This document shows positions 10,217 through 23,322 of a stretch of 64,000 nt of DNA, in pieces. A program made the translations under genes and the position numbers. The notes below the pieces were generated by a model. The model was given only the letters and a program-made list of their open reading frames with translations. It ran no database searches and was not told where the DNA came from. This DNA comes from Candidatus Anderseniibacteriota bacterium (GTDB taxonomy: Bacteria; Patescibacteriota; Andersenbacteria; UBA10190), in the NCBI GenBank assembly GCA_021414205.1, contig JAIOOW010000003.1:64048-128047 (forward strand), written 5' to 3'. How positions within the stretch are numbered: position 1 is the stretch's first letter; each line of letters starts with the position of its first letter.

Positions 10217-10225
10217 ATGTATTTG

Positions 10226-11230
10226 TTATGCTACGGCTTTTACGCGCCAGATGCCATCTTCTTGCACAATATGCCCCGTAATTTCAAATCCGGAAGCCAT
10301 TTTATGACCCCCTCCACCCAATCGTTTTGCTATCTTGCTTACATCTATTCCCTTTTGAGGTTCTGTTCGCAGGCTTCCTTTGATTTTTCCGGATTCGAAT
10401 TCTACTAACAGCATGGCGTATTTCGTCTGCGGGAGAGTATTGAGCATACTTACAACGCCCGATAAATCATCGAGTGTTGCGTTGCATTCCTGCAAGTCTT
10501 TGAGGGTTATTAATGAAATGCTGGCACCAGTTTTTTCGTTCACTAAAATGCGAGATAGTGCTCTTCCCCATATTTGCAGGCTTGGTAAGTCCTTCTTTTG
10601 GTATGTTTCGTGAGCGATATGCGATAATCGGGCGCCTTTTTTCATTAAGTACGATGCAATCTGGAGAATATCCGGAGTAACGCCGTCATGCATAAATGAT
10701 CCCGTGTCTGTAAAAATCCCCGTCAGCAAGCACGTGGCAATATCCTGTGTAATGGGAATATCTAATGCTAAAAAGAGGGGAAATAAGATATGCGCAGTGG
10801 CAGCCCCCTCGGCAACAATCAAATTAATAGCTGTTTGCTTGGGATTGTCATAGTGATGATCAATACTGATCACTCGGGGCCGTCCAAGCACTTCTTGTTC
10901 CAAGTGAGTTCTATAGAGCTGGGTGTAATCAAGTAAAATAACCGTATCGAAGTCGCTTATATTCGGCTTTGTTGTTGTAAGCGCATCAAACCCTGGTAAA
11001 AATTGGAAAAAATCAGGAGCTGGGTCCGGAATATATACTGTCGATTCTATTCCCTTTGATTTCAACGCAAAATGCACCGCAAGGCTGCTGCCTAGGGCGT
11101 CTCCATCTGGATGCTCGTGAGTACTAATAAGCACGCGAGAAGCCGTCTGCAGTGTTTCTGCGATCTGTTGGACGGTGTTGCTATGTGCTACTAGTAGATC
11201 ACTTGCTAGATTTTTCGTCGTTGATTTCAT
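10226..11230 (-). CDS. nrnA: DHH/DHHA1 phosphoesterase, NrnA-like oligoribonuclease/pAp phosphatase
   Basis: DHH motif STHEHPDGDALGS and DHHA1 GGGGH motif. The ORF-track start at 11257 overlaps rbfA by 58 nt, so the internal Met at about 11230 is used here (start uncertain). Confidence 0.75.
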   Translation of the reverse strand: MKSTTKNLASDLLVAHSNTVQQIAETLQTASRVLISTHEHPDGDALGSSLAVHFALKSKGIESTVYIPDPAPDFFQFLPGFDALTTTKPNISDFDTVILLDYTQLYRTHLEQEVLGRPRVISIDHHYDNPKQTAINLIVAEGAATAHILFPLFLALDIPITQDIATCLLTGIFTDTGSFMHDGVTPDILQIASYLMKKGARLSHIAHETYQKKDLPSLQIWGRALSRILVNEKTGASISLITLKDLQECNATLDDLSGVVSMLNTLPQTKYAMLLVEFESGKIKGSLRTEPQKGIDVSKIAKRLGGGGHKMASGFEITGHIVQEDGIWRVKAVA

Positions 11231-11552
11231 CCAGTTTCTTGTTAATAGTGTCTGCATAATCCAACCCCGTATCTTGGCGGAACGAAATTCTTGGAATCGG
11301 GTGTAAATGCATTGCGCGATTCATCTCTCCTTGAATATCGTACATTTGTTTTTTTAGCGCATCCAGCGTTTCTTGCGCGCGGCTTCCAGGATTGATGTAT
11401 AGATATATTCTCGAAAAGCGTAAATTGGGCGTCGTATCAACGCGCGAAATCGTTACGAGCACTCCCGATGGTATGTCTGCGCTCTCGGAAAGAATTTCTG
11501 AGACGGTGCGCAAAATGTGCTTATTCACTTTTAAGATTCGTTCGGATACCAT
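11199..11552 (-). CDS. rbfA: ribosome-binding factor A
   Basis: 117 aa, KHILRTVSEILSE...VTISRVDTTPNLRFSRIYL. Immediately downstream of infB as in the canonical operon. Confidence 0.85.
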   Translation of the reverse strand: MVSERILKVNKHILRTVSEILSESADIPSGVLVTISRVDTTPNLRFSRIYLYINPGSRAQETLDALKKQMYDIQGEMNRAMHLHPIPRISFRQDTGLDYADTINKKLDEINDEKSSK

Positions 11553-11565
11553 TTGTGTTCAGTTC

Positions 11566-13536
11566 CTATTTACTGACAACAGAGCCTTTTTTCACGCGAG
11601 TTTCTCGAAGGATCTCTAGCACGTCCCCTTCTTTCATCTTATCCCTGCTTTCAATGGTCATGCCGACTTGGTCGCCCAATTCTGCTTTTTGGAGCGGGCG
11701 CTTATCTTTTTGTAGCTCGACAATAACGCCAGTGCCGATGATTTCCGCAGCAGCATCTTTCTTTGTTTTGTCTTTTCGTTTGATAACGATTTTTGCATTT
11801 GCCTCCACGATTCCTTCCGCAACTTCTCCGCCGATAATTTTGCGCTTCGCCGTAGAGAAAAAGACTTTTAATACTTTGATGCGACCGATGTCCTCCGTAA
11901 CAATGTCCACCGGTAATCGCTGTTCGATTTCATTCCGTACATCTTCGGATAGCTGGTAAATAATCTTAAAAATACGAACAGGCACCTTTTCTTTATCTGC
12001 CAATTTTTGGCTCATGCCCGCTACTTGTACGTTGAATCCGTAAATAATGGCATTCCCCGCCCTGGCAGTTAACACGTCGGAGTCTGAAATAGCTCCTACT
12101 TCCGCCCGTACGATAGAAAGGCGTACTTCCTCAGGCACCATTGCCGTGATTGTCTGCTGAAGCGCCTCGAGGGACCCGTTAGAGTCTGCCTTAAGGACGA
12201 TTGCGAGCGTCTGGCGCGTGTCCCCATCGTCTGCTTTCGACATTTTCTTGAGCGGTGCTCGGCGTTGCCCTGCCTTTGAAACGGCTTCTCCCTGCTCCTC
12301 TACTACTTGGAGAATATCTCCTGCATGAGGAACGTCTTTTAATCCGATAATCGCAACAGGCATAGATGGCCCTGCTTTTTTAATCTGCTTTCCTTTGAAG
12401 TCCAGCATTTGGCGAACTTTTCCAATTGTTTTGCCGATAACTACATCGTCTCCGATTTGGAGTGTTCCTGTATGGATAATAATTGATGCAACGGGCCCCA
12501 CGCTCTTGTCGAGCTTGCTTTCAAGTACGGTGCCCAGAGCAGTTCGTGTTGGGTCTGCCTTTGGCTGCTCGATATCTGATGTAAGTAAAATCAACTCTAG
12601 TAACTCATCAATCCCCTGTTTTTTTAGTGCGGAAATGCCGATCATCACCGTCTTCCCTCCCCATTCTTCCGGAATCAAATCTAAGTCCCCTAGTTCTTTT
12701 TTCACTTTGTCGATGTTCGCTTCTGCGCGGTCGATCTTGTTAATTGCCACGATAATCGGCAAGCCTTCCTTTTTCGCATAGGCAACAGCGTCTTTTGTTT
12801 GAGGTTGCACTCCGTCGTCAGCAGCAACAACGAGCACTACAATGTCTGCGAGCGCAGCTCCGCGCTGGCGCATAAAATCGAACGTTTCGTGTCCGGGAGT
12901 ATCAATAAACGTAATAACTCGGCCGTTATGTTCTGTCTGGTAGCTGGAAATTGCCTGCGTAATACCACCCGCTTCCCCGCTTGCAACGTTTGCAGAGCGG
13001 ATCGTGTCGAGGAGAGTCGTTTTTCCGTGATCAACGTGTCCCATGATAGTCACAATAGGGGGGCGAGGCACCTGCTTTTCCGGTTCTTCTTTTTTCAGAA
13101 TCTCATTTAATTTTTCTACCGTAAGAACGTCTTTTTCCAGCTCTCCAACGCTTTCCGTTGTTTTGTAGCCGAGTTCCTGCGCAATAATTGCGGCAGTATC
13201 ATAATCCAAATCATCGTTAAGTGTTGCAAGGACTCCGTTTTTCAAGAGAGTTGCCAAAATATTTCCTACAGGAAGTTCCAATTTCTTTGATAAATCTTGT
13301 ACTCGGATAATAGATGGCAAATCGATCATCTTGCCTTTCAGCTGTGCTCGGCGTTCTTGTTCGTTCAAGTATCCGCGAATACGAGCAACTTCGGATTGGT
13401 CCAAATTCTTTTGCCCATCCGCTAGCCTGATTCCCACCTCTTTTAATAAAAACATTAATCGCCCCTCAGTAATTCTGAGTTCTTCGAGTACTTCAACAAT
13501 CTTTCGATTGTTTTTGGATGGGAATCGTCGTTTCAT
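11566..13536 (-). CDS. infB: translation initiation factor IF-2
   Basis: 656 aa with G-domain [18 protein letters not shown] and NKID motifs. Confidence 0.95.
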   Translation of the reverse strand: MKRRFPSKNNRKIVEVLEELRITEGRLMFLLKEVGIRLADGQKNLDQSEVARIRGYLNEQERRAQLKGKMIDLPSIIRVQDLSKKLELPVGNILATLLKNGVLATLNDDLDYDTAAIIAQELGYKTTESVGELEKDVLTVEKLNEILKKEEPEKQVPRPPIVTIMGHVDHGKTTLLDTIRSANVASGEAGGITQAISSYQTEHNGRVITFIDTPGHETFDFMRQRGAALADIVVLVVAADDGVQPQTKDAVAYAKKEGLPIIVAINKIDRAEANIDKVKKELGDLDLIPEEWGGKTVMIGISALKKQGIDELLELILLTSDIEQPKADPTRTALGTVLESKLDKSVGPVASIIIHTGTLQIGDDVVIGKTIGKVRQMLDFKGKQIKKAGPSMPVAIIGLKDVPHAGDILQVVEEQGEAVSKAGQRRAPLKKMSKADDGDTRQTLAIVLKADSNGSLEALQQTITAMVPEEVRLSIVRAEVGAISDSDVLTARAGNAIIYGFNVQVAGMSQKLADKEKVPVRIFKIIYQLSEDVRNEIEQRLPVDIVTEDIGRIKVLKVFFSTAKRKIIGGEVAEGIVEANAKIVIKRKDKTKKDAAAEIIGTGVIVELQKDKRPLQKAELGDQVGMTIESRDKMKEGDVLEILRETRVKKGSVVSK

Positions 13537-13585
13537 ATCAATGACTTACTATATCGGATATTCCCTTAAAAGTCCATTATTTGCC

Positions 13586-14116
13586 TTAGAAAGCCAGCTT
13601 TGTGTTCTTATGAGGAATGAGCGCAAGGATCACGGCTTGTTTATAGTATTCCATGCGTTCCAAAACGCCGTTTGTGAGCAATCCCGTAGCCCCGCTAGAA
13701 TGCTTGGAATTTTCACTGTCAAATACCTGGTCCATTGCGTGCCCCAGCTCAATTCCTGATTGAATCAGTGTTACAACTTCTTGTGGTAAGAAAAATACCC
13801 CTGCCTTTCCTTTTCCAACTACTCCTGTTCGAGAAATAACAACAATCCATGCAGACGCGGCCATCTTCCCATTAATTTCTTCGTTTCCGCCCTCTAATCC
13901 TACCGAATAATCTGCCGGAAGAGCCTCCATAGCGCGCTCTGCGCGATTTGTAGCACCTAACAGAGTATCTGCATCATTCATGGGCTGATCAGGGACGCCT
14001 GAGGCTACTGAAACGCCATGGATTTCAAATTGCTCATAAGGAAACATCGCCTCAAACCCCGCTTTCACGGCTGCGATCTTCGCTGGGTTTTCCGATCCGA
14101 CCGTAATTGTTTTCAT
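13586..14116 (-). CDS. inosine/xanthosine triphosphatase (YjjX family non-canonical NTPase)
   Basis: 176 aa, MKTITVGSENPAKIAAVKAGFEAMFP...SGVPDQP, co-linear with E. coli YjjX. Confidence 0.75.
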   Translation of the reverse strand: MKTITVGSENPAKIAAVKAGFEAMFPYEQFEIHGVSVASGVPDQPMNDADTLLGATNRAERAMEALPADYSVGLEGGNEEINGKMAASAWIVVISRTGVVGKGKAGVFFLPQEVVTLIQSGIELGHAMDQVFDSENSKHSSGATGLLTNGVLERMEYYKQAVILALIPHKNTKLAF

Positions 14117-14775
14117 AATGGTTCTACTAAGCGCTTGGTATATCCTTGAGCGATAAGTTCAGTGTACGCGTGAAGTATTTCCTCAGGAAGCTCCACGGGA
14201 ACGCAGAATCCTTTTGCTGGGTATGTTTGCAAGCGCTGTATTTCTCCAACCATAGTATCGATAATATCGTGTCGCGGAATTTCTTGAGTGGTATAGCTTT
14301 CAAGAGCGATAGTTGGAGCAGTTACCGTCGCTGCTACTTCCGGCATATGTTTTTTTAGAGTCGCAAGAGCGCGAACTTGCAGATACGGTGTCGTTACGAC
14401 GATGAATGATAGGGGTAATAATCCCTTTTCTTGCAAAAGCGTTTTTGTGAATCGAATATTTTCTCCTGTATTGGTCGACTTATTTTCTATGAGTATTGCT
14501 TCTTTAGGCACCCCCATGTTTAGTGCTTCGTCTGCAAACATTTCTGCTTCCGGTTTATCGAATACGCCCTGTGTGAGCCTGCCTTCATTGCCCGCAAAAA
14601 TGATCAACGGCGCATATCCTTGTAAGAACAATTCGGCGCCTCGTTGAGCCACGCGCAGGTCATTGCTCCCGAGCACTAAAATACAGTCCGATTTCGTTAC
14701 TGGAGCCTGATTATTATTAAAATCCCATATCAGTTGCGCCAGTTCTTCTGTGGTTGCCATGCTTTGATTATACAC
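14113..14775 (-). CDS. DUF218 (YdcF/ElyC/SanA-like) domain protein
   Basis: ILVLGSNDLRVAQRGAELFLQGYAPLIIFAG core. Overlaps the downstream gene by 4 nt. Confidence 0.7.
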   Translation of the reverse strand: MYNQSMATTEELAQLIWDFNNNQAPVTKSDCILVLGSNDLRVAQRGAELFLQGYAPLIIFAGNEGRLTQGVFDKPEAEMFADEALNMGVPKEAILIENKSTNTGENIRFTKTLLQEKGLLPLSFIVVTTPYLQVRALATLKKHMPEVAATVTAPTIALESYTTQEIPRHDIIDTMVGEIQRLQTYPAKGFCVPVELPEEILHAYTELIAQGYTKRLVEPL

Positions 14776-14799
14776 GCCCTTCCGCTAGTCTATAGAGAC

Positions 14800-14886
14800 G
14801 GAGAGGTGGCTGAGTGGCCGAAGGCGCTAGTTTCGAAAACTAGTGAGTGCGAAAGTGCTCCGTGGGTTCGAATCCCACCCTCTCCG
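14800..14886 (+). tRNA. tRNA-Ser (anticodon CGA), class II
   Basis: GGAGAGGTGGCTGAGTGGCCGAAGGCGCTAGTTTCGAAAACTAG + long variable arm + GGTTCGAATCCCACCCTCTCCG, anticodon loop TTCGAAA. Confidence 0.8.
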
Positions 14887-14888
14887 CT

Positions 14889-15416
14889 ATGAAATATATT
14901 GCACTACTTCGAGGAATTAACGTTGGTGGAAATTCATTGGTAAAAATGGCGGATTTGAAGCGCGAGATGGAAGAATTAGGATGCGCGAATGTAAAAACGG
15001 TCATTGCTAGCGGAAATGTGATGTTTGATTCGAAGTTAGGCGAGAAGAGTATTACAAAGAAGCTGGAAACGGGCTTATCTGCTGCGTTTAACATGAATAT
15101 TAAAGTCGTGGTGCGAACGATGGCGGAAGTGAAGCAGGTAATCGCTCATGCGCCGAAGAATTGGGAAAAAGGAGATGATATTCGTAAATATGTCGCATTC
15201 GTTCGTCTCCCCGCTAAGCCGGAAGACGTGATTGCCGAAATAAAGCTTAGAGAAGGTATCGATTCCGTAGATTCTTGGGATGGTGTGGTGTACATGACGA
15301 CCAAATTATCCGGGATTACTAAAAGCGGCTTCTCAAAACTTGCCGGCAAGAAAATCTACAAAGAAATTACGATCCGAAACTATACGACGGTAAAGAAGTT
15401 GGTTGATATTGCCTAA
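14889..15416 (+). CDS. DUF1697 family protein
   Basis: MKYIALLRGINVGGNSLVKMADLKREME is a typical DUF1697 N-terminus. The ORF-track start (14847) lies inside the tRNA-Ser gene, so the ATG at 14889 is used. Confidence 0.7.
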   Translation: MKYIALLRGINVGGNSLVKMADLKREMEELGCANVKTVIASGNVMFDSKLGEKSITKKLETGLSAAFNMNIKVVVRTMAEVKQVIAHAPKNWEKGDDIRKYVAFVRLPAKPEDVIAEIKLREGIDSVDSWDGVVYMTTKLSGITKSGFSKLAGKKIYKEITIRNYTTVKKLVDIA

Positions 15417-15451
15417 AACACCCCTTTGTGCTATGGTCGCAGTGGTTTTGA

Positions 15452-16000
15452 GTGCACATTTGGAAATATGGGAGGATGCAAATCATGCGTACGAGCATAC
15501 TTTGCCTAGGCGGAACGTTTGATAAAGTGTACGGAAGAGGGGCTAATGTGAGGGATTTTTCATTTCCTCGAGTCTCCGCTGCCACAAGTATGGCTAATCG
15601 GTTTGGCCTGTTGAATGTGGATGTTGTTTACGATGCTGATTCGGCCAAGGATAGTATGGATATGACCGACGCCGACAGGGCAAGGGTCGCGGAATGGTGT
15701 AAGAATGTTGATACCAAGGCATGTGTCGTCGTCCATGGGACAGATACGATGATTGAGACGGCGGAGGTGGTTGCGAAGCAAAAGCTGAATAAGGCGATCG
15801 TCATCACCGGTGCCAGCCAACCAGCTGCGATGCGCGATACCGATGCGGAATTCAACCTGGGCGGTGCCATTATCGCTTCGCAGATTTCTATTCCGGGCGT
15901 GTACATCGTCATGAATGGGAATTGCTTTAAGTGGTATGCGTGTCAGAAAAACCCCGCAACAGGATGGTTTGAAGCAAAAGGAACGCCAGATTCGGCCTAG
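15452..16000 (+). CDS. asparaginase N-terminal-domain protein (truncated type-I-asparaginase-like)
   Basis: 182 aa with LCLGGTFDK (threonine-nucleophile motif), VVVHGTDTM and ITGASQPA. The C-terminal asparaginase domain is missing and the ORF ends at a clean stop. Confidence 0.6.
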   Translation: MHIWKYGRMQIMRTSILCLGGTFDKVYGRGANVRDFSFPRVSAATSMANRFGLLNVDVVYDADSAKDSMDMTDADRARVAEWCKNVDTKACVVVHGTDTMIETAEVVAKQKLNKAIVITGASQPAAMRDTDAEFNLGGAIIASQISIPGVYIVMNGNCFKWYACQKNPATGWFEAKGTPDSA

Positions 16001-16047
16001 ATATTGTAGTTTCATCGCTCACGAGCATTCGTTGAGCGATTTTTATA

Positions 16048-16076
16048 TTGACAAATAGGCATAATACGGCTATATT
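16048..16076 (+). promoter_or_regulatory. sigma70-like promoter (TTGACA, 17 nt, TATATT)
   Basis: ttgaca at 16048-16053, 17-nt spacer, tatatt at 16071-16076, about 60 nt upstream of the zinc-ribbon gene. Confidence 0.45.
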
Positions 16077-16138
16077 TTACGGTTCTGAATGTTCTGACTG
16101 CTTTTTCAAACCCATACGTAGAAACGGAGGAGATTCCA

Positions 16139-16558
16139 ATGCCAGGAAAAATGTTTAATTGCCCGAAATGCAAAAAGGAAATATCGGTAAGTGCTGATAC
16201 CTGTAAGTATTGTGGAGAGACTTGGTTCTTTAAAGACGTGGTTGATGTCGATGATCCAATCGTAAAATGTGGATATTGTAATGGGTCTGGTAAGCAATAT
16301 GTTAGTGGCCATGAATATCACAAAACTGAAAATTGTAATTATTGTAAAGGCACTAGCACTAGAGAGCAGTTAACCAGGGTAAATCTGAAAACTGGCGAAA
16401 AAACAGGGTGGAAGTCAGCGGGAGATTCTTGCCCTCGACCTGCATCATGGGGTCCTCCGCCTGAAATATATATAAGCCCTTCTTCTTCCGGCTGTCTCGT
16501 GATTATTGGTGCATTTCTCACTCTCGCCTCCGCGCTTCTGATCGCAGTTCTGATCTGA
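16139..16558 (+). CDS. membrane-anchored double zinc-ribbon protein (DnaJ-like CxxCxGxG finger)
   Basis: 139 aa with four CxxC pairs (CPKC, CKYC, CGYCNGSG, CNYCKG) and a C-terminal TM helix LVIIGAFLTLASALLIAVLI. Confidence 0.5.
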   Translation: MPGKMFNCPKCKKEISVSADTCKYCGETWFFKDVVDVDDPIVKCGYCNGSGKQYVSGHEYHKTENCNYCKGTSTREQLTRVNLKTGEKTGWKSAGDSCPRPASWGPPPEIYISPSSSGCLVIIGAFLTLASALLIAVLI

Positions 16559-16646
16559 CGCCGAGGAATGCTCATTAAAACGACGAACTTTCGACCGCAT
16601 ATGTGTTTTGTCACGATGCGGTTTTTTTATTTCCAAATTTTACGTA

Positions 16647-16677
16647 ATAAAAAATCCCCTTATCGGGGATCTTTATT
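16647..16677. terminator. bidirectional rho-independent terminator (rRNA operon end on minus strand; zinc-ribbon gene on plus strand)
   Basis: aaaaATCCCCttatcGGGGATctttatt: 6-bp GC-rich stem with an A-run on one side and a T-run on the other. Confidence 0.55.
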
Positions 16678-16694
16678 GTGGATTGTATTCGGTT

Positions 16695-16812
16695 CAACGT
16701 ACGCGGCATCGGTCTACTCTTGCGAGAGTATTAATTCTCACTACCATCGACGCTGAAGAGCTTAACTGCTGTGTTCGGAATGGGAACAGGTGTTTCCCCT
16801 TCGCTTGAGACA
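16695..16812 (-). rRNA. rrf: 5S ribosomal RNA
   Basis: Reverse complement contains GGGGAAACACCTGTTCCCATTCCGAACACAGCAGTTAAGCTCTTCAGCGTCGATGGTAGTG (universal 5S core). Ends approximate. Confidence 0.7.
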
Positions 16813-17034
16813 CCGCGAACGCTGAACCGAATAGGTTCAAATTAGTATCATTGCTTGTTTTTCACCAAATAATAGAACGACCGTACATAGAGGGAAATAA
16901 TAATGCATTACTAGCCCTATGCTTTGCGTCTACATTCTGTGACATTGCCTTCCCTTTTACTAGACATAATAACTTATGTTTTGTTTGCGAGGAGCATGAA
17001 TCGTTATAACTCACGAGAAGTGAGATAAGCACGT

Positions 17035-20095
<3,061 letters not shown>

Positions 20096-20531
20096 ATGAC
20101 ACATGCACATATCTCACCTCTTGTCACAGTTTGGATTCGCATTGCTTAGAGCTAGTAATACATAATTACTTTCGCTCTATATTGTGATCGTTCGTATTAT
20201 TGGTTACTTCCGAAAAGATATCGATCTAATCGGGTTGCAATGATACTAATTTGAATTGTGAATGATCTGGCGTTTCAGAATATTATTGCAATCAACCCAC
20301 AGACAAAAAATACGTAATTCAGATATTTCTCATTCTCTGGATTGATTTTTGTCTAGAGGAACCGGAAAGATCGGGTTCGTAGATGATTTATGTAGTATAT
20401 GTGGATAAAAAACCCTGTCAAGGGGTGTTTGGGGAGAAATAAGCAAAAGACGGCCCACCTGGAGGTACCGTCTTGTTGCGTCTCTTGTAGACATGTGCTT
20501 TTGTGTTCCGCCAGGGGCGGAATCTCATGTC

Positions 20532-21242
20532 TTATAATCTCTTTCTGCCTGCAATATCGTGCTCTGCCTTTGCGAGCCACTTTGCTGCGAGGTCTTTACC
20601 TCCCAACCCGAATGCAAGGCCTCCTGCGATGGCTACCATCGCGAAGAATGCGGTAAGGATTGTTTGGATAAGCTGACTAGCTATCTGAAGTTGCAATAAT
20701 GCTGCAAAGAGGGCAAACACGAGGATTGACCACTTGCTGATTGCTGCAATTGCTCCACCACTGGTGAAGCCAGCAGCTTCAACTGCTGCGAGAACTGTAC
20801 GATATACAAAGTTCGCAAGAACTACGGAAATCACGAGGATTAGCGCAGCAATTACTACGTTTGGAATGTAATACAGAACTGATGTTAAGAATTCAGATAC
20901 CTGCACTAAACCGAGGATATCGGTTGCTGCAAGAAGCGAAACAATGATGAGGAACCACTTAAAGATTTCTCCAACAAGGTGCGCAATATCTAATCTTAAC
21001 CCTGCTTGTTCTACAGCTCGCTTTAATCCGCGCAATGACTCAAAGGCGGCATTAATTCGAACTAATACAAGTAATTTTTCGATCAATCGGCCTACTGCTA
21101 CTGCAATTGCCCATCCAACGAGGAATACGACGATAGCTGCGATCACGCTTGGAACGAAGCTGATAAATTGTACCCACAGGTCAGCAAGGGAATTTGTAAC
21201 GGCACCAGTCCAGACTGATAAGAAAGAATTGTACGTTGCCAT
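20532..21242 (-). CDS. hypothetical polytopic membrane protein (conserved-TM-helix repeat-like), located inside the 16S-23S spacer
   Basis: 236 aa with repeated hydrophobic helices and a good RBS (AAGGAGGTG) before the ATG. Confidence 0.55.
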   Translation of the reverse strand: MATYNSFLSVWTGAVTNSLADLWVQFISFVPSVIAAIVVFLVGWAIAVAVGRLIEKLLVLVRINAAFESLRGLKRAVEQAGLRLDIAHLVGEIFKWFLIIVSLLAATDILGLVQVSEFLTSVLYYIPNVVIAALILVISVVLANFVYRTVLAAVEAAGFTSGGAIAAISKWSILVFALFAALLQLQIASQLIQTILTAFFAMVAIAGGLAFGLGGKDLAAKWLAKAEHDIAGRKRL

Positions 21243-21354
21243 ATGTTCGACACCTCCTTTCTATTGGGGATTATGAAGGATAATCTGTATTGAGCGTATC
21301 GTTCTGACGAATATAAGTCAAAGGGCTGTTTGTGTAATTTGTCAGTGGCTTGTG

Positions 21355-21427
21355 TGGACCCCAGCGGATTCGAACCGCTCACCTCCTCGGTGCAAGCGAG
21401 GCGCTCTACCAAATGAGCTAGGGGCCC
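21355..21427 (-). tRNA. tRNA-Ala (anticodon UGC)
   Basis: Reverse complement GGGCCCCTAGCTCATTTGGTAGAGCGCCTCGCTTGCACCGAGGAGGTGAGCGGTTCGAATCCGCTGGGGTCCA. Has the G3:U70 pair, anticodon loop CTTGCAC, and CCA is not encoded. Confidence 0.85.
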
Positions 21428-21474
21428 TTTTATCTATGCATAGTATTAAAGCGGTTTATATCCCGCTTTGCAAG

Positions 21475-21726
21475 TTATTTCTGCCCGTTTGGCAAGAATT
21501 GGCCGATTGTAAGGTAGAAGAATGCTTGGAAGATGCCGAACGCAACGAGGAATCCGAGGAACAATAAAATAACTCCTGCTAGCTTCCAGTGTTCGAGGCT
21601 CGATCCTTTTAGCCCAAACATTGCGCCTATATCTCCCCAGTTCTCATCCCACCACGCTGTCTTCCAGACCATGGAAAATCCGGCTGCCATCATGATTGCT
21701 CCGAGAAAGAAAAGTAGGAAACTCAT
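21475..21726 (-). CDS. hypothetical small 2-TM membrane protein (in rRNA spacer)
   Basis: 83 aa with two hydrophobic helices and the WWDENWGD loop. Confidence 0.4.
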   Translation of the reverse strand: MSFLLFFLGAIMMAAGFSMVWKTAWWDENWGDIGAMFGLKGSSLEHWKLAGVILLFLGFLVAFGIFQAFFYLTIGQFLPNGQK

Positions 21727-21744
21727 ACGAATATTGTATCACAA

Positions 21745-23217
21745 TTATACGTGGTATTTTCGTTTTATTTCTTCCTCCTGCTTTTTTTCCGCATCTTCTA
21801 TTGCGGATTCTCCCAGTTTTTTAAGTTCTTCAGGGGTTTTTTCTTGTAGTAGTTTTGCTTGTTCTAGTAAATACTGTTTATCGTTTTTCTTAGGGTCTTC
21901 TAATACTTCTGCTAACAGTGCGTGGAGGATACCGCCGATCATCGGCCCGGGCCGAAGGCCGAGCTCGTGAATTAAGTCGTTCCCGGTAACGGCTAATTGG
22001 CCTACGGAAATAGGTTCTTTGCTGGCTTGTTCGACCATAAACTGCAAATGCCGCAGGCGATATGGCTCTGCTTTCGGCACCCCGGAACCTTTTCTCTCTG
22101 CGATGCGAAGCTTAATTAAGTCATCAAAATTGTCTTTGCCCACTCTGCGAAGCAGTCTCCGTGCTCCTGCCGGCGTTACTTTGCCCACATCATAGAAGAA
22201 CATATGGTGGCGAATGAGATGTGTCACCGTTTTTGTCAGATCTTTTGGAAATTTTAATCGATCCATGAGTAACTCTGTCATGCGAGCGCCTACGATATCG
22301 TGTCCGTAAAACGTATAGTCGCCGTTTGCGAATCGCCTGGTTCGAGGTTTCCCGATGTCATGAAAGAGTGCCGCGATGCGAACGTGCATGGAGTAGTTAA
22401 ATTCCACGGCAAATTGCAGTGATTTTATGGAGTGTTCAAATACGGTGTACACGTGGTGCTTGTTTTGGGTGATCCCCACGCCCTCCTCCAGCTCGGGCAA
22501 TATCATCGCCAACAGCCCCGTTTTCTGGAGCAGGTTCATGGCAGGTTCAGGGCTGGGGCTCATAATAATTTTTATAAATTCATCGCGGATTCGTTCGTGC
22601 GACACCGCTTCAATTGCTGGTGCATATTCCGTTATTGCGCGTAGGGTATATTCCTCAATTTCAAATCCTAGCTGGGCAGAGAAGCGAATTGCGCGCATTA
22701 AGCGAAGCGCATCTTCTGCGAATCGTTCGCTGGGGTTTCCAACTGCGCGGATAACTTGAGTATGCAAATCCTTTAATCCGCCGAAGGGGTCGATGATCGT
22801 CATGCCGTCCATACTGACCGTATCGTTGTGCGGCGAAGCGTCTGTTATTGGCGCAAGTGCCATTGCGTTAATCGTAAAATCTCGACGTGCCAAATCCTCG
22901 CGAATACTTTTAGTGAACGTCACGGAGTCAGGGTGGCGCTGGTCGTTATAGTCCGCGTCGATGCGGTATGTAGTAACTTCAATTTCTTGTATTTTTTCAG
23001 ATCCAGTCCGAACTGTTACTGTTCCAAACGTATTTGTATAAAACGAATTGGGAAAAACTATCTGGATTTCTTCTGGGTTTGCAGAGGTGGTTACATCCCA
23101 ATCTTTTGGTTCTTTACCCAGTAACAAATCTCGCACGCATCCGCCCACGGTATACGCTTCAAATCCAGCTGCATTCAGCTTAGTAATAACGTCTTGTACT
23201 TCAGAAGGAAGTTGCAT
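21745..23217 (-). CDS. cca: CCA-adding enzyme (tRNA nucleotidyltransferase) with C-terminal HD domain
   Basis: GGCVRDLLLGKEPKDWDVTT polymerase-beta head motif and HD motif HDIGKP. 490 aa. Confidence 0.85.
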   Translation of the reverse strand: MQLPSEVQDVITKLNAAGFEAYTVGGCVRDLLLGKEPKDWDVTTSANPEEIQIVFPNSFYTNTFGTVTVRTGSEKIQEIEVTTYRIDADYNDQRHPDSVTFTKSIREDLARRDFTINAMALAPITDASPHNDTVSMDGMTIIDPFGGLKDLHTQVIRAVGNPSERFAEDALRLMRAIRFSAQLGFEIEEYTLRAITEYAPAIEAVSHERIRDEFIKIIMSPSPEPAMNLLQKTGLLAMILPELEEGVGITQNKHHVYTVFEHSIKSLQFAVEFNYSMHVRIAALFHDIGKPRTRRFANGDYTFYGHDIVGARMTELLMDRLKFPKDLTKTVTHLIRHHMFFYDVGKVTPAGARRLLRRVGKDNFDDLIKLRIAERKGSGVPKAEPYRLRHLQFMVEQASKEPISVGQLAVTGNDLIHELGLRPGPMIGGILHALLAEVLEDPKKNDKQYLLEQAKLLQEKTPEELKKLGESAIEDAEKKQEEEIKRKYHV

Positions 23218-23245
23218 CGGTATCAGTATAACATTGTTGTATGAG

Positions 23246-23322
23246 TGGTGCGCGTGCCAAGACTCGAACTTGGGACCTCTACATTATCAGTGTAGCGCTC
23301 TAACCGGCTGAGCTACACGCGC
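23246..23322 (-). tRNA. tRNA-Ile (anticodon GAU), 3' CCA encoded
   Basis: Reverse complement GCGCGTGTAGCTCAGCCGGTTAGAGCGCTACACTGATAATGTAGAGGTCCCAAGTTCGAGTCTTGGCACGCGCACCA, anticodon loop CTGATAA. Confidence 0.85.

Noticed and set aside
14847-14888. N-terminal extension of the DUF1697 ORF (MRKCSVGSNPTLSA...)
   Set aside because: It overlaps tRNA-Ser(CGA) as a translated tRNA. The downstream ATG at 14889 gives a canonical DUF1697 N-terminus.
21143-21412. 89-aa ORF MVERLACTEEVSGSNPLGST...
   Set aside because: It overlaps tRNA-Ala; the peptide is a translated tRNA sequence.
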